Below are positions 61,845 through 64,000 of a stretch of 64,000 bases of DNA, in pieces (positions within the stretch are counted from its first letter, which is position 1; each line of letters starts with the position of its first letter). Both the position numbers and the translations under genes were made by a program. The notes beneath the pieces are model-generated. The model did not search any database, had not been told where the DNA came from, and saw only the letters and a program-made list of their open reading frames with translations. The DNA comes from Mobula hypostoma (Eukaryota), in contig NC_086108.1 in assembly GCF_963921235.1 (NCBI RefSeq), forward strand, positions 59,460,001 to 59,524,000. Reading direction: 5' to 3'.

Positions 61845-63140
61845 GTATATACAATTTAATTGGCTCGCCACACAGCTGTGGAACATCTGGACAGTGAAGA
61901 TGCCTACATTGGAATGTTCTTTATTGACTACAGCTCAGCATTTAACACTATCTTCCCCTTAAAATTAATCAATGAGCTCCAAGACCTAGGCCTCAATACT
62001 TCCTTGTGTAGCTGGATCCTCAATTCCTTGATTGCAGACCTCAGTCAGTTTGTATTGGCAGCATCATCTCCTCCACAATCACCATCAGCACAGTAAACCA
62101 CAAGCTGTGAGCTTCGCCCTTGCTCTACATGCTCTATAGATATGACTGTGAGGCTAAGTACAGCTCCAAAGCCATAACTGAGTATGTTGATGACACCATG
62201 TTTGTCGGCCAAAACAAAGGTCGTGATGAATCAACATATAGGAGTGAGATTGATAATCTGAGTGGTACCACAACAACAAACGTTTGCTCAATGTCGGCAA
62301 AACCTACGAGCCAGTTATTGAGTATAGGAGGAGAAAATCGAGGGTCCATAAGCCAGTGCTCATTAGGGATCACAGGTGGAGAGAGTCATCAACTTTAAAT
62401 TCCTGGGCGTTATCATATTGGAGGATTGGTCCTGGGACCAGCACGTAAATGCCATTTCGCAGAAGGCATGGCAGTGCCTTTACATTATTAAAAGTTTACT
62501 CAAATTCAGAATGTCGTCTAAAACTTTGACGAACTTTTGTAGATACACAGTGGAGTTTATCCTGACTGGTTGTATTTCAGCTTGGTATGGAAATACTAGG
62601 ACCAAAGAACAGGAAAGTTTACAAGAAGTGTAGGATTTAGCCCAGGTCATCACAGGAAAAGGACTTCTGACCATTGAGCATATCTACAGAGGGCTCTGCC
62701 ACAAGAAGTTAACATCCATTATCAAGGACCCCCACCATCCAGACCATGCTCTCTTCTTGCTGCTACCTTTGGGAAGGACGTACAGCAGGCTTAGGTCCCA
62801 CAACACTAGGTTCAGGAGAGCTATTACCCTTCAACCACCAGGTTCCTGATCTAGTGTGGACATCTTCACACACCACAACACTGATGGTTGAAACAACCTA
62901 TGAACTCGCTTTCAATGACAGTACAAACCATGTTCTCAGGATTATTTATTACTATTATTTGCTTATTTTTGTTTTTGCACAGATTGTCTTCTTTTGCATA
63001 CTGGTTGCTTGTTAGCCCTTGCATGTAGCTTTCCATTGATTCTCTTGTACTCCATTGTTCTATTGTGAATGCCTGTAAGAAAATGAGTAAAATTTGGTTA
63101 CATATATGCACTTTGATAATAAATTCATGTTGAACTTTGT
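61845..63140 (+). mobile_element. Rex1/Babar LINE, 5'-truncated and decayed
   Basis: [38 protein letters not shown], tail CTTTGATAATAAATT...GAACTTTG. Confidence 0.9.
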
Positions 63141-63600
63141 GATAGAGGGACTTACTAGAGAAGGAGCAACACTGGACATTCTGGAAAATGAGATCGGGCA
63201 AGTGGCCAAAGTGTCTTTTAGCAAGCACTTTGGGTCCAGTAACCATAATTCTATTAGCTTTTAAATATTTACAGAGAGGGATATAACTTGATCTAGTTAT
63301 ATCTAGGATAAGGTACTGCACTGGGACAGAACAATATTTGGAGACATTAGACAGGATCTTGCAGTAATTGATTCAGCGAGATTGTTTGCAGGAAAAGGAG
63401 ACCTTTAGATGTGTAATGTAAAGAGTTCAGAGCCTGCATGCTCCTGTTAGGTTGAAGGGAAAGGCTGGCAGGTTTTGAGAACCCTGGCTGAAAGAGATAT
63501 GGAGGCCCTGGCTAAGAAAAGCAGGAAGGCGTACACTGCATATAACGCATTGGCAACAGTGAATCGCTTGACGATTATAGGAAATGTAGTTCTGTATTTA
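63141..63600 (+). mobile_element. Old CR1 APE and linker relic
   Basis: TREGATLD and HFGSSNHNSISF resemble PTRxxAxLD and GxSDHNxIxF. Confidence 0.6.
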
Positions 63601-63621
63601 AGATAAATTTTACAATGGCAG

Positions 63622-64000
63622 AAAGAGAACATAGAACATAGAATAGTACAGCACAGTACAGGCCCTTCGGCCCACAATGTTGTGCCGACCCTCAAACCCT
63701 GCCTCCCATATAAGCCCCCACCTTAAATTCCTCCATACACCTGTCTTGTAGTCTCTTAAACTTCACTAGTGTATCTGCCTCCACCACTGACTCAGGCAGG
63801 GTATTCCACGCACCCAACCACTCTCTGAGTAAAAAACCTTCCTCTAATATCCCCCTTGAACTTCCCACCCCTTACCTTAAAGCCATGTCCTCTTGTATTG
63901 AGCAGTGGTGCCCTGGGGAAGAGGTGCTGGCTATCCACTCTATCTATTCCTCTTATTATCTTGTACACCTCTATCATGTCTCCTCTCATCCTCCTTCTCT
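63622..64000 (-). mobile_element. Young CR1 3' end running off the window
   Basis: RGDMIEVYKIIRGIDRV...TRGHGFKVRG...FFTQRVVG and (TTCTATG)n tail. Confidence 0.95.

Noticed and set aside
1..64000. ORF-track entries as host genes
   Set aside because: Recognisable ones are transposon fragments with stops and frameshifts or their antisense shadows. The rest are short, often start at non-ATG codons and have no recognisable domain.

Overview
Vertebrate genomic DNA, AT-rich and by eye roughly two-thirds interspersed repeats. The repeat set (HE1/V-SINE-like SINEs, HER1-like CR1 LINEs, abundant Rex1/Babar LINEs, Penelope tails) points to a cartilaginous fish, probably a ray (inference, not a database result). 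I recognise no host protein-coding gene. Every identifiable ORF is a broken transposon fragment, so the window is intergenic or a large intron. Contents: many CR1 and Rex1/Babar LINEs in nested arrays, an R4/Dong-clade restriction-like-endonuclease retrotransposon, RTE remnants and RTE-derived SINEs, Penelope-like remnants with minimal hammerhead ribozyme motifs, hAT (Charlie/MER1-type), Tc1 and Tigger-type non-autonomous DNA transposons, short solo-LTR-like elements, tRNA-derived SINEs and an LF-SINE-like relic. Best leads: (1) the R4/Dong element sits twice in the (TAA)n tract of a Rex1 3' UTR, suggesting a retroelement that targets another retroelement; (2) head-to-head hammerhead-bearing Penelope mini-palindromes; (3) an orphan 55-nt near-perfect hairpin at 33536-33590; (4) a few non-repetitive islands with enhancer-like or exon-like signals. 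Family names come from recalled motifs, and boundaries of old elements are approximate.
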